DNA of 64,000 nucleotides from Bacteroidales bacterium. GTDB lineage: Bacteria > Bacteroidota > Bacteroidia > Bacteroidales > F082. The first letter of the stretch is position 1; every line of letters starts with the position of its first letter. The position numbers and the translations under genes are program-made. Of this stretch, positions 21,197 to 32,590 are shown piece after piece. The notes beneath the pieces were generated by a model. The model was given only the letters and a program-made list of their open reading frames with translations, made no database searches and had not been told where the DNA came from. The stretch lies in assembly GCA_028696715.1 (NCBI GenBank), contig JAQVGO010000003.1, positions 10,785 through 74,784 on the forward strand, written 5' to 3'.

Positions 21197-21283
21197 GTGT
21201 TTCGGCTTTGGCACAAAATATGACAACAGCTTAACGTTCCGCTCACGGAATCAAAGATGATTAATAACTTAATAAATAAAATT

Positions 21284-21562
21284 ATGGGAAAACTGACTTT
21301 AAAACCTTTAGCCGATCGCGTGGTTATTGAACCCGCCACTGCTGAACAAAAAACAGCCAGCGGAATTATTATTCCAGACACAGCCAAAGAAAAACCACAA
21401 AAAGGAACTGTTATCGCTGTTGGCCCTGGCACTGCCGAGGCACCATTAACAGTGAAAGAAAATGATCAGGTACTTTACGGAAAATATGCCGGAACCGAAT
21501 TCACCATCGAAGGAAAAGATTATCTGATCATGCGCGAATCTGACATCATAGCAATTATTTAA
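21284..21562 (+). CDS. groES: Co-chaperonin GroES
   Basis: [42 protein letters not shown] at 21284 gives the normal length of about 92 aa. The ORF track start at 21257 is probably too early. Confidence 0.95.
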   Translation: MGKLTLKPLADRVVIEPATAEQKTASGIIIPDTAKEKPQKGTVIAVGPGTAEAPLTVKENDQVLYGKYAGTEFTIEGKDYLIMRESDIIAII

Positions 21563-21587
21563 ACTATCAATCAGCAATTAACTTTAA

Positions 21588-23237
<1,650 letters not shown>

Positions 23238-23261
23238 GCCAACTCATCTCATTGATTTTTT

Positions 23262-23296
23262 AAAACCGGCTCTGTGATCAGGGCCGGTTTTCTTTT
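23262..23296 (+). terminator. Intrinsic terminator after groEL
   Basis: Stem aaaaccggc(23262-23270)/gccggtttt(23283-23291) followed by cttttat. Confidence 0.7.
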
Positions 23297-23332
23297 ATTC
23301 AAAATTTGGCCTTACCTAAGCTACATTTTTAC

Positions 23333-23340
23333 TACTTTTG
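23333..23340 (+). promoter_or_regulatory. Bacteroidota-type -7 box (TACTTTTG)
   Basis: Exact TAnnTTTG 31 nt upstream of the ATG at 23371. Confidence 0.45.
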
Positions 23341-23370
23341 TCAGGCATGCTATAAATCAATCAGTTTGCC

Positions 23371-23916
23371 ATGAAGAAAAGACTCATTAAAAGCCATTTT
23401 TTCTTGTTTCTTATGCTCCCAATCGTTGCATGGGCGCAAATAAAAACCATCCCTTTTGATGCTGAAGCCAAAAAGATTAAGTTTCAGCAGGTAATTGAAG
23501 AAGAGGGCGAACAGATGGAACTTTTCAATCGTTGCATTTTTTGGCTCAACGATTATTATAAAGATCCCGTCAGGGTTACTACGGTTCGTGATGCACCCTC
23601 CGGAAAAATAATGGGCAAACATACAATCCGGCTCAAATATACCGATGAAAAAGGGGTGGAACAGACCGGCCCTACTGTGATTTATGAGTTTACTGTGGAA
23701 GTGAAAGACAATCGGTACCGCTACACAATTACAGAGTTGCTTTTGAAAACAGCCTCACGATTCGAAATTGAGCGTTGGCTCGACAAAGAAGATCCGGCCT
23801 ATGATCCCCGATGGGAAAACTATCTGGATCAAATTGCCGAATACGTAGATCAATGGAGTGCTTTCCTGATCGAAAAAATGAAACCCGAACCCGTTCCGGT
23901 TGAAGATGAATGGTAA
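23371..23916 (+). CDS. Secreted hypothetical protein, tentatively DUF4468-like
   Basis: 181 aa with a signal peptide (FLFLMLPIVAWAQ). Family assignment is from memory of Bacteroidota DUF4468 proteins and is not verified. Confidence 0.5.
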   Translation: MKKRLIKSHFFLFLMLPIVAWAQIKTIPFDAEAKKIKFQQVIEEEGEQMELFNRCIFWLNDYYKDPVRVTTVRDAPSGKIMGKHTIRLKYTDEKGVEQTGPTVIYEFTVEVKDNRYRYTITELLLKTASRFEIERWLDKEDPAYDPRWENYLDQIAEYVDQWSAFLIEKMKPEPVPVEDEW

Positions 23917-23991
23917 AAAGAATTTATCGATTTCTTTGATTATGAAACTTTTATTCCGTTATTTTGTTTCAGACTTTGATGGCCACTTTTG

Positions 23992-25344
23992 ATGCAGAAC
24001 AAACAAAAGGCATCCATGATAAGAAAACGTGATATTATTATTAAAGGCTTTTCGAAACTTTTGAAAGAAGAAAAGCTAAAACTGGTTGCGGAATACTTCG
24101 AAAATCCCGGTGAAGTAGTCAGTCTGCTTAAAAGTTTCTGGCATACAGACGAAAATCAGCAAAAGCTTTTTGATGAATTCAGTGAGAATACCATTTCAAA
24201 TTTTTACATCCCCTATGGTATATCTCCCAATGTAATTATCAATGGACGCAACTATTTGGTTCCGATGGTAATAGAGGAAAGCTCCGTAGTTGCAGCAGCT
24301 TCTGCAGCCGCCAAATTCTGGAGCGAAAGAGGTGGATTTCATGCCCAAATTCTGGATGTAAAAAAAATAGGGCAGGTGCACTTCAACTGGAGTGGAAATT
24401 CTGACACTTTAAAGCAATTAATGCCACAAATAAAGGCTTTCCTCTTGCAATCAGCCAAACCAATCACTGCCAATATGGAAAAAAGAGGTGGCGGGGTACT
24501 GGATATCCAGCTGGTTGACATGACTGATAAACTTGCCAACTATTACCAATTGCTTGTCACTTTTGATACACGCGATTCGATGGGAGCCAACTTCATCAAT
24601 TCTGTATTGGAAGAATTTGGCCAAAGTTTGAGGCAATTTCTTTCTGAACAGATTCAGTTAAGCACCGAAGAACGTCAGGTTGAAATCATTATGGCAATTC
24701 TGTCGAACTACACCCCTGAATGTGTTGTGAAAACCTGGGTTGAATGTTCCATTGATAAACTGGAAAATGTAGATGAAAAACTCTCCGGCCTTGCTTTTGC
24801 ACATAAATTTGAGAAAGCAGTAAAAATTGCTCAGATTGATACTTACCGGGCAACAACCCATAACAAAGGTATTTACAATGGCATTGATGCAGTGGCCATA
24901 GCTACCGGCAACGACTTCAGAGCCATCGAAGCAGCCGGACATACCTATGCTTCTCGAAACGGGCACTACGAAAGTCTTTCGAGAGTAGAAATTGAAAATA
25001 ATACCTTCAGGTTTATCCTGGAAGTGCCACTGGCATTGGGTACTGTTGGCGGATTGACAAGTCTGCATCCGCTTGCCAAACGATCTCTTGAGCTACTCGG
25101 AAACCCAACAGCCAACGAGCTGATGATGATTGCTGCTGTGATGGGACTTGCCAATAATTTTTCTGCCGTTAAATCACTCACTACCATTGGCATTCAGGCC
25201 GGACATATGAAGATGCATCTTTTCAATATCCTCAACCATTTCAAGGCCAGCGAAGAAGAAAAATCGGCTGCCGTGGATCACTTCAAAGATCAAAAAGTTT
25301 CATTTTCGAGCGTAAGTAAATACATCGCCTCACTTCGCAGTTAA
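23992..25344 (+). CDS. mvaA: Hydroxymethylglutaryl-CoA reductase (class II type)
   Basis: About 450 aa with EESSVVAAAS, DSMGANFINS and ATHNKGIYNGIDAVAIATGND motifs. ATG at 23992 immediately follows the TTG at 23989 used by the ORF track. Confidence 0.9.
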   Translation: MQNKQKASMIRKRDIIIKGFSKLLKEEKLKLVAEYFENPGEVVSLLKSFWHTDENQQKLFDEFSENTISNFYIPYGISPNVIINGRNYLVPMVIEESSVVAAASAAAKFWSERGGFHAQILDVKKIGQVHFNWSGNSDTLKQLMPQIKAFLLQSAKPITANMEKRGGGVLDIQLVDMTDKLANYYQLLVTFDTRDSMGANFINSVLEEFGQSLRQFLSEQIQLSTEERQVEIIMAILSNYTPECVVKTWVECSIDKLENVDEKLSGLAFAHKFEKAVKIAQIDTYRATTHNKGIYNGIDAVAIATGNDFRAIEAAGHTYASRNGHYESLSRVEIENNTFRFILEVPLALGTVGGLTSLHPLAKRSLELLGNPTANELMMIAAVMGLANNFSAVKSLTTIGIQAGHMKMHLFNILNHFKASEEEKSAAVDHFKDQKVSFSSVSKYIASLRS

Positions 25345-26274
25345 GTGGATAATACTCAAACATTCAAAGCAAACGGAAAACTCCTGATAAGCGGAGAGTA
25401 TCTTGTGCTTTATGGCGCTAAAGCATTGGCTATGCCTGTAAACAAAGGACAGCAATTGAGGGTTCAATCTCATGAAGCAGTCAATCCCGAAATAACCTGG
25501 GAGGCCTTCAAAACAGATGGATTGTGGTTTAAAGCTCGTTTTAACCTGGCTGATTTATCAATTATTGAAACAAGTAATTCAATAGTAACCAATAAGTTAC
25601 AATTGATTTTAATTACTTTAAGTCAGCTCAACCCAAAAATCTTTTCAGGCAAGCTGTCCTACCATTTCACTACCGAAATGAATTTTAATCCGGAATGGGG
25701 CTTTGGGAGCAGCTCAACATTAATTGTAATGCTGGCGCGCTGGGCCAAAGTAAATCCCTATACCTTACTCAATTTCTCCATTGGTGGTTCTGGGTATGAT
25801 ATCGCCTGTGCACAGGTTTCTCATCCAATTATTTACAAATTAAAAGGCCTTCAACCCAATATTCAACCGGCATCCTTCGATCCGCCGTTTAAATCGAATC
25901 TGTATTTTGTTTATCAGGGCAGCAAACAGGACAGTGCCAGGGCAATCCAAAGGTTTCGGGAAGAAACTGCTGAGGACGAGATTCAATTTGCAGTTGAACA
26001 AATGAATCATCTCACTGATAAAATCATTCAAACCAAAAGCTATGATGATTTTTGTGAACTGATATTTCAACACGAAAAACTGATCTCTAAACTTATTGAT
26101 TTACAGCCCATTCAAAAGCAATTTCCGGATTTTAAAGGTTCATTAAAATCTCTGGGCGCATGGGGAGGCGATTTTTTGCTGGCTGCCTCGCAAGCAAATG
26201 AACAGGATGTAAAAAAATATTTTGAGGCTAAAGGCCTGCTACCAATATTTCGATTTGATGAATTAACCTTGTAA
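25345..26274 (+). CDS. GYDIA-family GHMP kinase (putative phosphomevalonate kinase)
   Basis: GTG start directly after the mvaA stop. GKLLISGEYLVLYG resembles the phosphomevalonate kinase N-terminal motif. GHMP motif 2 GFGSSSTL, eponymous GSGYDIACAQ, motif 3 variant GAWGGDF. Confidence 0.75.
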   Translation: MDNTQTFKANGKLLISGEYLVLYGAKALAMPVNKGQQLRVQSHEAVNPEITWEAFKTDGLWFKARFNLADLSIIETSNSIVTNKLQLILITLSQLNPKIFSGKLSYHFTTEMNFNPEWGFGSSSTLIVMLARWAKVNPYTLLNFSIGGSGYDIACAQVSHPIIYKLKGLQPNIQPASFDPPFKSNLYFVYQGSKQDSARAIQRFREETAEDEIQFAVEQMNHLTDKIIQTKSYDDFCELIFQHEKLISKLIDLQPIQKQFPDFKGSLKSLGAWGGDFLLAASQANEQDVKKYFEAKGLLPIFRFDELTL

Positions 26275-26285
26275 GCCCAAAAGTG

Positions 26286-27368
26286 ATGCATGAATTAGAG
26301 AAAAAATGGCTTAAGGAAGCAGTTCAGGCTACTGCCAAAATCAACGGGAGCCTATCATGGCAAAGCCCTTCCAATATTGCTCTCGTAAAATACTGGGGCA
26401 AACACGGCAACCAATTACCCAATAATCCGTCCATCTCCTTCACCTTACATGAATCGCGTACTGAAACCAGCCTGCACTATTCAATGCCTGAAAACAGGGA
26501 GCACTCTCTCAGTTTCTTTTTTGAAGGCAAGGTTAACGAAGCTTTTGGCAACAAAATAGAAAAGTTTCTTTTCGGGATAAAGCCATTTTTCCCATTCCTC
26601 GGTCAGATTCAGCTTAAAATTGATAGCCAAAACACCTTTCCACATTCTTCCGGCATTGCCTCAAGTGCATCGGCCATGAGCGCACTTGTTATGGGAATTT
26701 TGGCTCTGGAACAAAAATTCAGCCATCAACCAATCGACCTAAAGAAAGCCTCCTGGTTTTCGCGACTTGCCTCAGGAAGTGCCGCCCGATCGGTATTTCC
26801 ACAAGCAGCTTTATGGGGCAAAACAGCTGCCCTGGAAGAAAGTGCTGATCATTTTGCCATACCCTTACAGTCGCATTTACATCCTGTTTTTACAAATTAT
26901 TACGACAGCATTTTGATAACTGACGCTGCTGAAAAAACAGTGTCAAGCAGGGCCGGTCATGCATTGATGGAAAAAAATCCCTATGCCAAAGCCAGATACC
27001 AAACCGCAAACAACAATACCATCGCACTTCTCAATGCCCTTCGAAAAGGGGATCTAGAACTTTTTATTCAAATTACCGAATCAGAAGCCCTGCAACTACA
27101 TGCCTTAATGATGAGTTCGCATCCGCCCTATCTACTTATGAAAGCCAACAGCCTCAACCTCATCAATGCAATTTGGAACTTTAGGCAGGACACCAAAATT
27201 CCAGTTTGCTTTACCCTGGACGCCGGACCAAACATACATCTGCTTTATCCTGAAAAAGACAGGAAAAATGTCCTTGATTTTATTCAAAATGAATTGATTA
27301 ACTGGTGTCAAGACGGAAAATGGATTGACGATAAAGTAGGGTTTGGCCCTTCACCATTACAAGTATGA
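26286..27368 (+). CDS. mvaD: Diphosphomevalonate decarboxylase
   Basis: SNIALVKYWGK signature, GIASSASA (GHMP motif 2), FTLDAGPN. 360 aa. Confidence 0.9.
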   Translation: MHELEKKWLKEAVQATAKINGSLSWQSPSNIALVKYWGKHGNQLPNNPSISFTLHESRTETSLHYSMPENREHSLSFFFEGKVNEAFGNKIEKFLFGIKPFFPFLGQIQLKIDSQNTFPHSSGIASSASAMSALVMGILALEQKFSHQPIDLKKASWFSRLASGSAARSVFPQAALWGKTAALEESADHFAIPLQSHLHPVFTNYYDSILITDAAEKTVSSRAGHALMEKNPYAKARYQTANNNTIALLNALRKGDLELFIQITESEALQLHALMMSSHPPYLLMKANSLNLINAIWNFRQDTKIPVCFTLDAGPNIHLLYPEKDRKNVLDFIQNELINWCQDGKWIDDKVGFGPSPLQV

Positions 27369-28282
27369 AAAGCCAGGGCAAATCATTTCACGGAAAAATA
27401 ATGCTATTCGGCGAATACAGTATCATCTGTGGTTCAGAGGCATTGGTAATACCATTTAAAAAGCTAAGCGGAAGCTGGATTTTTTCTCCCGAGGAAAATA
27501 TTCAATCAGATCATACCCAAAAATCCGGTTCCCAACTTTTTGATTTTTTAGATTACTTAAAATCCAAACCAGAGCTGTCAACAATTTTGGATCTCCAATC
27601 CTTCGAAAAAGACATACAAAATGGTTTGATATTTCAATCTTCTATTCCGCAACAATATGGGGTTGGCAGTTCGGGAGCACTTGTTGCCGCAACTTATGAC
27701 CGTTACAAAATCAATGATGAACCGGATATTTTCGAACTCAAACAAAAGCTGGCTCTCATTGAATCGGCTTTCCACGGAAACAGCTCCGGAATTGATCCCT
27801 TGTGTTGTTATCTGAACGAAGCGATTTATATGGATCAAAATGGAATTCCTGCACCAATAAAACTATCCGTTGACGACTCTTCCAGTTCCAACTTTTATGT
27901 TTTTTTGATTGATACGCACATCAGTTCATCAACAGGAAATCTGGTTTCGCATTTCAGAGCAATGATGCATCAATATTCATTTTACAAAAAGCTTTCGCAA
28001 GCCTATATTCCAACCTTAAATCTGGCGATAGCTGATTTTCTGAATCAGCGTTATGACCAGTTGATGCATCAGCTGGCTGAACTCTCAAGCTTGCAGACCG
28101 AGCTCTTCCCAAAAATGATTCCGAAATCGTATGAGTTTCTTTTTCAACAAGATAGCAACAAAGTCTTTCAGATAAAAATCTGTGGATCAGGTGGCGGAGG
28201 ATATTTGCTGGGTTTTACACAGTTTCCGGAAGAAACAAAAAGCTTTTTACACAAAAATAATCTTGATTATCTGTTTCTCTGA
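27365..28282 (+). CDS. mvk: Mevalonate kinase (GHMP kinase)
   Basis: ATGA start/stop overlap with mvaD. GKIMLFGEYSIICG (motif 1), GVGSSGALVAA (motif 2), ICGSGGGGYLLG (motif 3). Confidence 0.8.
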   Translation: MKSQGKSFHGKIMLFGEYSIICGSEALVIPFKKLSGSWIFSPEENIQSDHTQKSGSQLFDFLDYLKSKPELSTILDLQSFEKDIQNGLIFQSSIPQQYGVGSSGALVAATYDRYKINDEPDIFELKQKLALIESAFHGNSSGIDPLCCYLNEAIYMDQNGIPAPIKLSVDDSSSSNFYVFLIDTHISSSTGNLVSHFRAMMHQYSFYKKLSQAYIPTLNLAIADFLNQRYDQLMHQLAELSSLQTELFPKMIPKSYEFLFQQDSNKVFQIKICGSGGGGYLLGFTQFPEETKSFLHKNNLDYLFL

Positions 28283-28452
28283 TGCTTTTTACTTCCTCAA
28301 TTATATTATAACGTGCTCATTTATAGCTGCTTTTAAAAGCTATAGAAAAAGCAAACACAATCTATCTCAATTTGTAACGTTATAATGCAACAAGAGGAAC
28401 GACTAACAAAAAAATCTTTTCAAAAAAAGGATAAACACCTTAGTCTTCGACT

Positions 28453-28460
28453 TAATTTTG
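28453..28460 (+). promoter_or_regulatory. Bacteroidota-type -7 box (TAATTTTG)
   Basis: Exact TAnnTTTG 30 nt upstream of the ATG at 28490. It lies inside the ORF-track extension that starts at 28385, which argues for the 28490 start. Confidence 0.45.
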
Positions 28461-28489
28461 CAGTCTTAAACTTTAAAAAGGAGACCATT

Positions 28490-29362
28490 ATGAAACGTTT
28501 AATGTTTTTTCTGATGATTCTGGCCGGACTGACATATTTCAGCAGTTGCACAGAAAAGTATAAAAAAGAAATCGAACATTTAACCTATACTGCCGACAGT
28601 TTGAAAGCTGTTGGCGAATCCAAGGATGCCTTTGCAATGGAGTATGTGCGTAGTTTCAATGCCATACAAGCCAACCTTGACTCGATCAAGCAGATGGAAA
28701 AAATCATCTCGGATCAGACCGACAATCCGGAAACCAGGAAAGCCAATGAGGATAATATCAACAGAGATATTGATGCCATTTACCAGCTCTTGCTCAAAAA
28801 CAAGCAAATTGTTGATCGGTTGAAAAGTCAGCTTAACACCAGCGGACGTAAAAACTCTGAATTGGAGCAGATGATCACAAACCTGAGCGAGCAGATCAGG
28901 ACAAAAGACCTTGAACTGATGGAGCTTAAGGCTGACCTCTCGCGCAAAAACCTGCAAATACAGGACCTGGAAGCAAATTTGGAAGCTATGGAAGAATTGA
29001 GCAGACAAAGAGCTGCCGAGATTGAAGATAAAATTAATGAGTTAAATACGGTTTATTACATCACCGGAACGAAAAAAAAGCTGGAAGAGCAAGGTATTAT
29101 TACCAGCGAGGGTGGTCTGCTCGGGATTGGCAAAACGCAAAAAGTTGCTCATAATCCGGATTTAAGTTTATTCACCCAGGCTGATCTTCGCAAGATATCT
29201 GCTTTACCGGTTTTTAGCAAAAAAGCTCAGTTAATTACCATCCATCCAACAGAAAGTTATGAGTTTATGCAAGGCAGCGAAAAACAAATCGATAGCCTTA
29301 AGATTATTCATCCTGATGATTTTTGGAGCTCATCCAAATTTCTGGTTTTGATGATCGATTAA
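28490..29362 (+). CDS. Coiled-coil lipoprotein, function unknown
   Basis: The start at MKRLMFFLMILAGLTYFSSC gives a lipoprotein signal with a lipobox Cys. About 170 aa of heptad-rich coiled coil follow, then a C-terminal globular region. Confidence 0.65.
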   Translation: MKRLMFFLMILAGLTYFSSCTEKYKKEIEHLTYTADSLKAVGESKDAFAMEYVRSFNAIQANLDSIKQMEKIISDQTDNPETRKANEDNINRDIDAIYQLLLKNKQIVDRLKSQLNTSGRKNSELEQMITNLSEQIRTKDLELMELKADLSRKNLQIQDLEANLEAMEELSRQRAAEIEDKINELNTVYYITGTKKKLEEQGIITSEGGLLGIGKTQKVAHNPDLSLFTQADLRKISALPVFSKKAQLITIHPTESYEFMQGSEKQIDSLKIIHPDDFWSSSKFLVLMID

Positions 29363-29397
29363 CGAATGCGACGGAGGGATTGCTGTTTTGGTTTAAA

Positions 29398-29405
29398 TAC
29401 TTTTG
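29398..29405 (+). promoter_or_regulatory. Bacteroidota-type -7 box (TACTTTTG)
   Basis: Exact TAnnTTTG 17 nt upstream of the ATG at 29422. Confidence 0.4.
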
Positions 29406-29421
29406 TTTCAGCCTGATTTAA

Positions 29422-29823
29422 ATGATTCATTATCCTCCAAAAATATTACTGGCTTTTTCGGAAACTTTTAACGAGGAAAAAGAACAATTTTTCAATTGGC
29501 TACTCACGAATGGCTACCCCGAGCTGGCTGCCCTGAGTAGTGCGGTGCGGGGAAGTGAAGAAGCTTTAAACTGGCTGATGCAGCATAAATTTTATCACCT
29601 GGCTGCCCTCGATGGAGCCATCGACAAACAAGCCAAAGCACGAAACTGGCTGGTTAACTACAACTATTCACTTTTAGTACTTCTGGCTGATGCCGTAAAC
29701 GAGCATCAGCCGGCTATTGAATATTTTCAGGAAAATGATTTGCAAATTTTTCTGGTCATTGCCAAACGAATTCGTGATTTCCGCAACAGGCAAACCTTCG
29801 ACTATCATAAAAAACGGTTTTAA
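29422..29823 (+). CDS. Small helical-repeat protein, function unknown
   Basis: 133-aa ORF with four tandem repeats of about 25 aa (A..NWL...........LAAL..A). Own -7 box upstream and a terminator downstream. Confidence 0.55.
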   Translation: MIHYPPKILLAFSETFNEEKEQFFNWLLTNGYPELAALSSAVRGSEEALNWLMQHKFYHLAALDGAIDKQAKARNWLVNYNYSLLVLLADAVNEHQPAIEYFQENDLQIFLVIAKRIRDFRNRQTFDYHKKRF

Positions 29824-29829
29824 AATAAA

Positions 29830-29860
29830 ACAGGAGTCCAAATAATGAACTCCTGTTTTG
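29830..29860. terminator. Bidirectional terminator between the 29422 ORF and nrdJ
   Basis: Stem acaggagt(29830-29837)/actcctgt(29849-29856), T-run on the + strand and A-run upstream. Lies between convergent stops. Confidence 0.7.
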
Positions 29861-29884
29861 TCTTCAAAGCCAATTACTATCCTC

Positions 29885-32590
29885 TTAACTACATTTCGAA
29901 TATCCACACGAATTGCATGTGAGGCAACCATCCTGATACACCAGGCTTTCGTTTGATCCGCATTCGGGACAAGTGCTGCCATCAGCTTTTGTGCCGTCAG
30001 GAATATACCTTTTAATACCTCTTACCACACCGTTTTTCCAGGTATTAATGCTGTCGTCATCCAGGGTGAGATTTTGAATCAGTTCAATCACATAAGGCAG
30101 GGGCATCCCATGACGCAAAATACCTGAGATCAGTTTTGCATAATTCCAGTATTCTTTGTCAAACGATCTTGAAAGACCTTCAACAGTAATTTTATAGCCT
30201 TGTTTATCGGTGAATTGAAAATCATAACGAGCCTTTTCATTTTTAATCTTCTCGCGAATCACTGCTCCTTCTTCAACCCAGGGCGGAAGGAAAAAGTCGT
30301 CGGCCTTTCCGGTAAAAATCTCATACGGTTTTCCGTTCAGCTTGCCCACAACAGCAATCCATTTTTCGTAATTATTCTGAAATCGGATTACGTCAGCCTC
30401 AAGTCGTTTTGGGCGGGGTGGGGCAGTAGTTTCCTTAAACTCTTCATTATCTGCATCCTTCGATTTTTTCTCGTCAGCGCTGATGAGCACACCTGAACGT
30501 GAACCATCGCGATAGATTGTCATTCCCTTGCAACCACTTTCCCAGGCTGTTTTATATATTTCGCTTACCTTAGATTCATCAACATCCTGAGGTACATTTA
30601 CTGTAACGCTGATAGAATGATCAACCCATTTTTGAATATCGCCCTGCATTTTCACCTTGCTCACCCAGTTGATATCATTAGAAGTAGCTTTGTAATAAGG
30701 CGACATTTTTATCACTTCTTTAAGCTGCGCATCGGGATAGTTTTTCACCTCATCCACATCGAAACCGTTGACATGAAGCCAGGTTTCAAATTTTGGATGA
30801 AACACATTATACTCTTCCCATGAATCGCCCACCTCATCAACAAAATTTACCGTAGCATTTTTATCGTTTGGATTTACTTTCCGACGTCTTTTGTAAGAAA
30901 CCATAAATACGGGTTCGATGCCGGAAGTTGTTTGCGTACAAATACTTACGCTCCCGGTCGGGGCAATGGTGAGCATGGCGATATTACGGCGACCAACGCG
31001 TTTCATTTTTTCATACAGCTGTGGATCATTCTCACGGATGCGGGCAATAAAAGGATTATTGGCTTCCTTTTCGGTATCATAAACCTCAAAGGCACCCCTA
31101 TCGGCAGCCAGGTCAACGGATGCACGATACACCTCAAGTGCGAGCATTTTATGCACTTCGGTTGAGAAATCGATTGCATCAGAGGAGCCATAAATCTCAC
31201 CCAATGCCGCCAACATATCACCTTCGGCCGTTATGCCAATTCCAGTTCTTCGACCCTGAAGTGCTTTTTTACGGATGTTTTTCCAGAGGTTTAACTCAAC
31301 AAGCTTTATTTCATCGGCTTCAGGATCTGCTTCAATCTTGGCCAGGATAGCATCAACTTTCTCAATTTCCAGGTCAACAATATCATCCATGATTCGCTGC
31401 GCCATGCGGGCATGTTTTGTAAAAAGCTCCGCATCAAAGCTGGAGTTTGTTGTGAATGGGTTTTTTACATAGCTATAGAGATTGATAGCAAGCAAGCGGC
31501 AGCTGTCGTAGGCACAGAGAGGGATTTCGCCACAAGGATTGGTCGAAAGGGTTTTAAATCCCACGTCAGCATACGAATCTGGCACTGACTCTTTTATGAT
31601 GGTATCCCAGAAAAGCACTCCGGGTTCGGCTGCTGCCCAGGCGTTATGAATGATCTTATCCCAAAGTCTTTTGGCATTCACTTCGCGTTTAACCCAAGGA
31701 TTTGGATCATCGATTGGGTACTGCTGAACAAAGGGTTTGTCCTCAATTACTGCCTTCATAAATTCGTCGGTGATGCGAACGGAAACATTGGCTCCGGTCA
31801 CTTTTCCAAGCTCCAGTTTAGCATCAATAAACTTTTCGGCATCGGGATGTTTCACGCTAATGCTAAGCATCAGCGCGCCACGGCGACCATCCTGTGCTAC
31901 TTCGCGGGTTGAGTTGGAGTAGCGTTCCATAAAAGGCACCACACCTGTTGAGGTGAGAGCACTGTTTTTAACAGGGCTTCCGGTTGGCCTGATGTGCGAC
32001 AAGTCGTGACCTACTCCTCCCCTGCGCTTCATCAGCTGCACCTGCTCCTGATCAATCTTCATAATGCCGCCATAGGAATCTGAGTTACCTTCATTGCCAA
32101 TCACAAAGCAATTGGAAAGGGATGAAACCTGAAAATTATTTCCTATTCCGGCCATCGGACTTCCCTGCGGAACGATATATTTAAAGTCTTTTAAAACCGC
32201 ATAAATTTCTTCTTCACTCACCGGATTGGGATACTTCTGCTCAATTCGTGCTATCTCTGATGCAAGCCGCCTGTGCATATCATCCGGAGTGCGTTCATAA
32301 ATATTGCCATCGCTGTCTTTGAGGGCATACTTATTCATCCAGACATTTGCTGCCAACACATCCCCTTTAAAATACTCTGTTGCCCATTTGAGCACGTCCT
32401 CATGAGCATACTTGGTGGTGGGTTTTTGCAAATGTTTTGGTGTTTCAGATTTATGCTCGTTCACATTTATTTCTTGTTCGGTCGCCTGCATTTCCGGTCG
32501 TGTTCTTTTCTCCAATACTTTCTCATAGAAATCACTTTTTTGTACTTGTTTATCAGTAATTTCCACACTAGCAAACAGGTTGTTTTCCAT
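29885..32590 (-). CDS. nrdJ: Adenosylcobalamin-dependent ribonucleotide reductase (class II)
   Basis: 901 aa with the active-site motif LSTNPCGEIPL, class II core similarity throughout, and a C-terminal Cys4 zinc ribbon (CPECGS..CLTCNSCG). Confidence 0.93.
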   Translation of the reverse strand: MENNLFASVEITDKQVQKSDFYEKVLEKRTRPEMQATEQEINVNEHKSETPKHLQKPTTKYAHEDVLKWATEYFKGDVLAANVWMNKYALKDSDGNIYERTPDDMHRRLASEIARIEQKYPNPVSEEEIYAVLKDFKYIVPQGSPMAGIGNNFQVSSLSNCFVIGNEGNSDSYGGIMKIDQEQVQLMKRRGGVGHDLSHIRPTGSPVKNSALTSTGVVPFMERYSNSTREVAQDGRRGALMLSISVKHPDAEKFIDAKLELGKVTGANVSVRITDEFMKAVIEDKPFVQQYPIDDPNPWVKREVNAKRLWDKIIHNAWAAAEPGVLFWDTIIKESVPDSYADVGFKTLSTNPCGEIPLCAYDSCRLLAINLYSYVKNPFTTNSSFDAELFTKHARMAQRIMDDIVDLEIEKVDAILAKIEADPEADEIKLVELNLWKNIRKKALQGRRTGIGITAEGDMLAALGEIYGSSDAIDFSTEVHKMLALEVYRASVDLAADRGAFEVYDTEKEANNPFIARIRENDPQLYEKMKRVGRRNIAMLTIAPTGSVSICTQTTSGIEPVFMVSYKRRRKVNPNDKNATVNFVDEVGDSWEEYNVFHPKFETWLHVNGFDVDEVKNYPDAQLKEVIKMSPYYKATSNDINWVSKVKMQGDIQKWVDHSISVTVNVPQDVDESKVSEIYKTAWESGCKGMTIYRDGSRSGVLISADEKKSKDADNEEFKETTAPPRPKRLEADVIRFQNNYEKWIAVVGKLNGKPYEIFTGKADDFFLPPWVEEGAVIREKIKNEKARYDFQFTDKQGYKITVEGLSRSFDKEYWNYAKLISGILRHGMPLPYVIELIQNLTLDDDSINTWKNGVVRGIKRYIPDGTKADGSTCPECGSNESLVYQDGCLTCNSCGYSKCS

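Noticed and set aside
21209-21224. Sigma-54-like -24 element (TTGGCAC) between secG and groES.
   Set aside because: At the -12 position the sequence reads ATGA, so the essential GC dinucleotide is GA. I also found no CIRCE element. This is not enough to call a sigma-54 promoter for groESL.
28322-28344. Hairpin tatagct/agctata after the mevalonate kinase stop, considered as an operon terminator.
   Set aside because: The stem is a 7-bp all-AT/GC-poor helix with a 9-nt loop and no following U-run. It is too weak to call.
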